Below, in pieces: positions 62,684 to 64,000 of a stretch of 64,000 nucleotides of DNA. The notes under the pieces are model-generated. The model saw only the letters and a list, made by a program, of their open reading frames with translations, did no database searches and was not told where the DNA came from. Source of the DNA: Paecilomyces variotii (taxonomy: Eukaryota). Made by a program: the position numbers and the translations under genes. Within the stretch, counting starts at the first letter, position 1; each line of letters starts with the position of its first letter. Location: the NCBI GenBank assembly GCA_004022145.1, contig RCNU01000001.1, one strand, 5' to 3'.

Positions 62684-64000
62684 ATGATTGTTCCCACGTT
62701 GAGCTTTGTCGCCCTTGTGGCTGTTGCCGCTGCTCATGGCGATCACCGTCAGAAGACCATGGCTGGTCCTCACCAGGGTTTGTGGTACAATACCTTGCCT
62801 GGTGATGGCGGAAAACAGGCATGTAATCACGATCAAATGGGAACCAATCCAGTTTGAAGTCCGTTGCAGCTAACCGTTTGATTGCAGGCAGACTCTGTCT
62901 TCTCCGGAATCTCGACCTTCGGGCGACTTCCCTACTTCCCATGCTTGTCCAGTGATGAGGAGTCATATGACATTGCTTTCCTGGGTGAGTTGTCTTGAGT
63001 TCCCATATCTGAGATCCAGTTCTTTGAGTCGTTCTCTCGTGGGAGACAAGTGCCTCTTGAAAGTTGCGATGTCGTCCACAAGTTACTCGCGGGCTAGCAA
63101 CTTCCGCTCCACAGCTTCATAGTGGACCACAACATAAGCTACAATTATCCCATACAGCAAGCTGACTTTAGCAATCTCATATTGCAGGAGCTCCTTTCGA
63201 CACTGGTACTTCTTACAGGCCTGGTGCTCGCTTCGGCCCCAGCGGTATCAGACAAGGTTCTCGCCGTCTCAACCTCTAGTACGTTTTCTTCCGGGGTGAC
63301 CCAAGCTTACTTACTTGTCTGTCACGGCAAAAAGGCTCACGAAAATTGGGGTTCAGCGGTGGTTATAATGTGCCATTAGAGGCGAATCCCTTCCATCATG
63401 AATTGAGGGTTTTGGACTGTGGTGATGTCCCAGTTACCTCGTATGTTATTCTCAACTTTCCCCTGTCTTGAACGACTTGCGCGCGTCAACCATTATTCTA
63501 TAGATTCTGCTAACAAGCTGCGATAGATATGACAATGCCTGGGCTATCCAGCAAATCGAAGAAGGCCACAACAGCGTCCTCATGCGCAAGCCCTTCACCG
63601 ACGCAAACAAGAAGGGTCTTTCGAAGGCTGGCAAGACCCTCCCCCGTGTCATTACCATGGGTGGTGACCACACAATTACCCTTCCTCTGCTGCGGAGTAT
63701 TAACAAGGCGTACGGACCTGTTACTGTGATCCACTTCGATAGCCATTTGTGAGTGAATCCTTTGTTGGTCGCCTCGCGCTCAGAGCTGACACGAAATGCT
63801 TCAGGGATACTTGGAAGCCAAAGGTCTTTGGCGGTTCCCCTAGCAAGGTCGCTTCTATCAACCACGGCACCTACTTCTACCATGCCGCCATGGAAGGTCT
63901 TCTGAGGAATGACACCAACATCCACGCCGGTATTCGTACCACTCTCTCTGGTCCCTCTGACTACGAGAATGACGGTTACGTCGGCTTTCAGATTGTTGAA
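62684..64000 (+). CDS. Ureohydrolase (agmatinase/guanidinobutyrase-like) with N-terminal signal peptide; truncated by the window end
   Basis: [19 protein letters not shown]..., [57 protein letters not shown]; multiple introns. Confidence 0.92.

Noticed and set aside
1-64000. CRISPR arrays, rRNA, telomerase RNA template, intact transposases or Starship captain, PKS/NRPS genes
   Set aside because: No repeat-spacer arrays, rRNA-like sequence, telomere template or such protein motifs were seen by eye; small ncRNAs cannot be excluded without covariance-model searches.

Overview
Intron-containing DNA from a filamentous ascomycete (Eurotiales-like proteins) with about 23 protein-coding genes. I found no rRNA, tRNA or CRISPR array. 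Layout: (1) housekeeping genes: D-amino-acid oxidase, TMA46, BCP1, chorismate mutase, MDV1, a SUN-domain protein, MFS and MATE transporters, and a truncated agmatinase-like gene. (2) An accessory-looking island at ~4.4-10 kb with a RIP-like AT-rich relic, a three-exon PAF/AFP-family antifungal protein gene mostly missed by the ORF track, a DUF3632-like gene and a degenerate TIR (MITE-like) element. (3) A co-oriented block at 13.2-21.3 kb: P450 (frameshifted), Zn2Cys6 factor, CYP504-family P450, SDR. All three enzyme genes carry TCGG-N5-CCG at almost the same distance from the ATG (-230, -212, -213). This is the best candidate for an undescribed regulated catabolic or detoxification cluster. 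(4) A DUF1275 membrane protein and xanA, the latter with two UaY-type CGG-N6-CCG sites. (5) A ~7.5 kb gene-poor region containing a cryptic intron. Family assignments come from motif recognition and recall, not from database searches.
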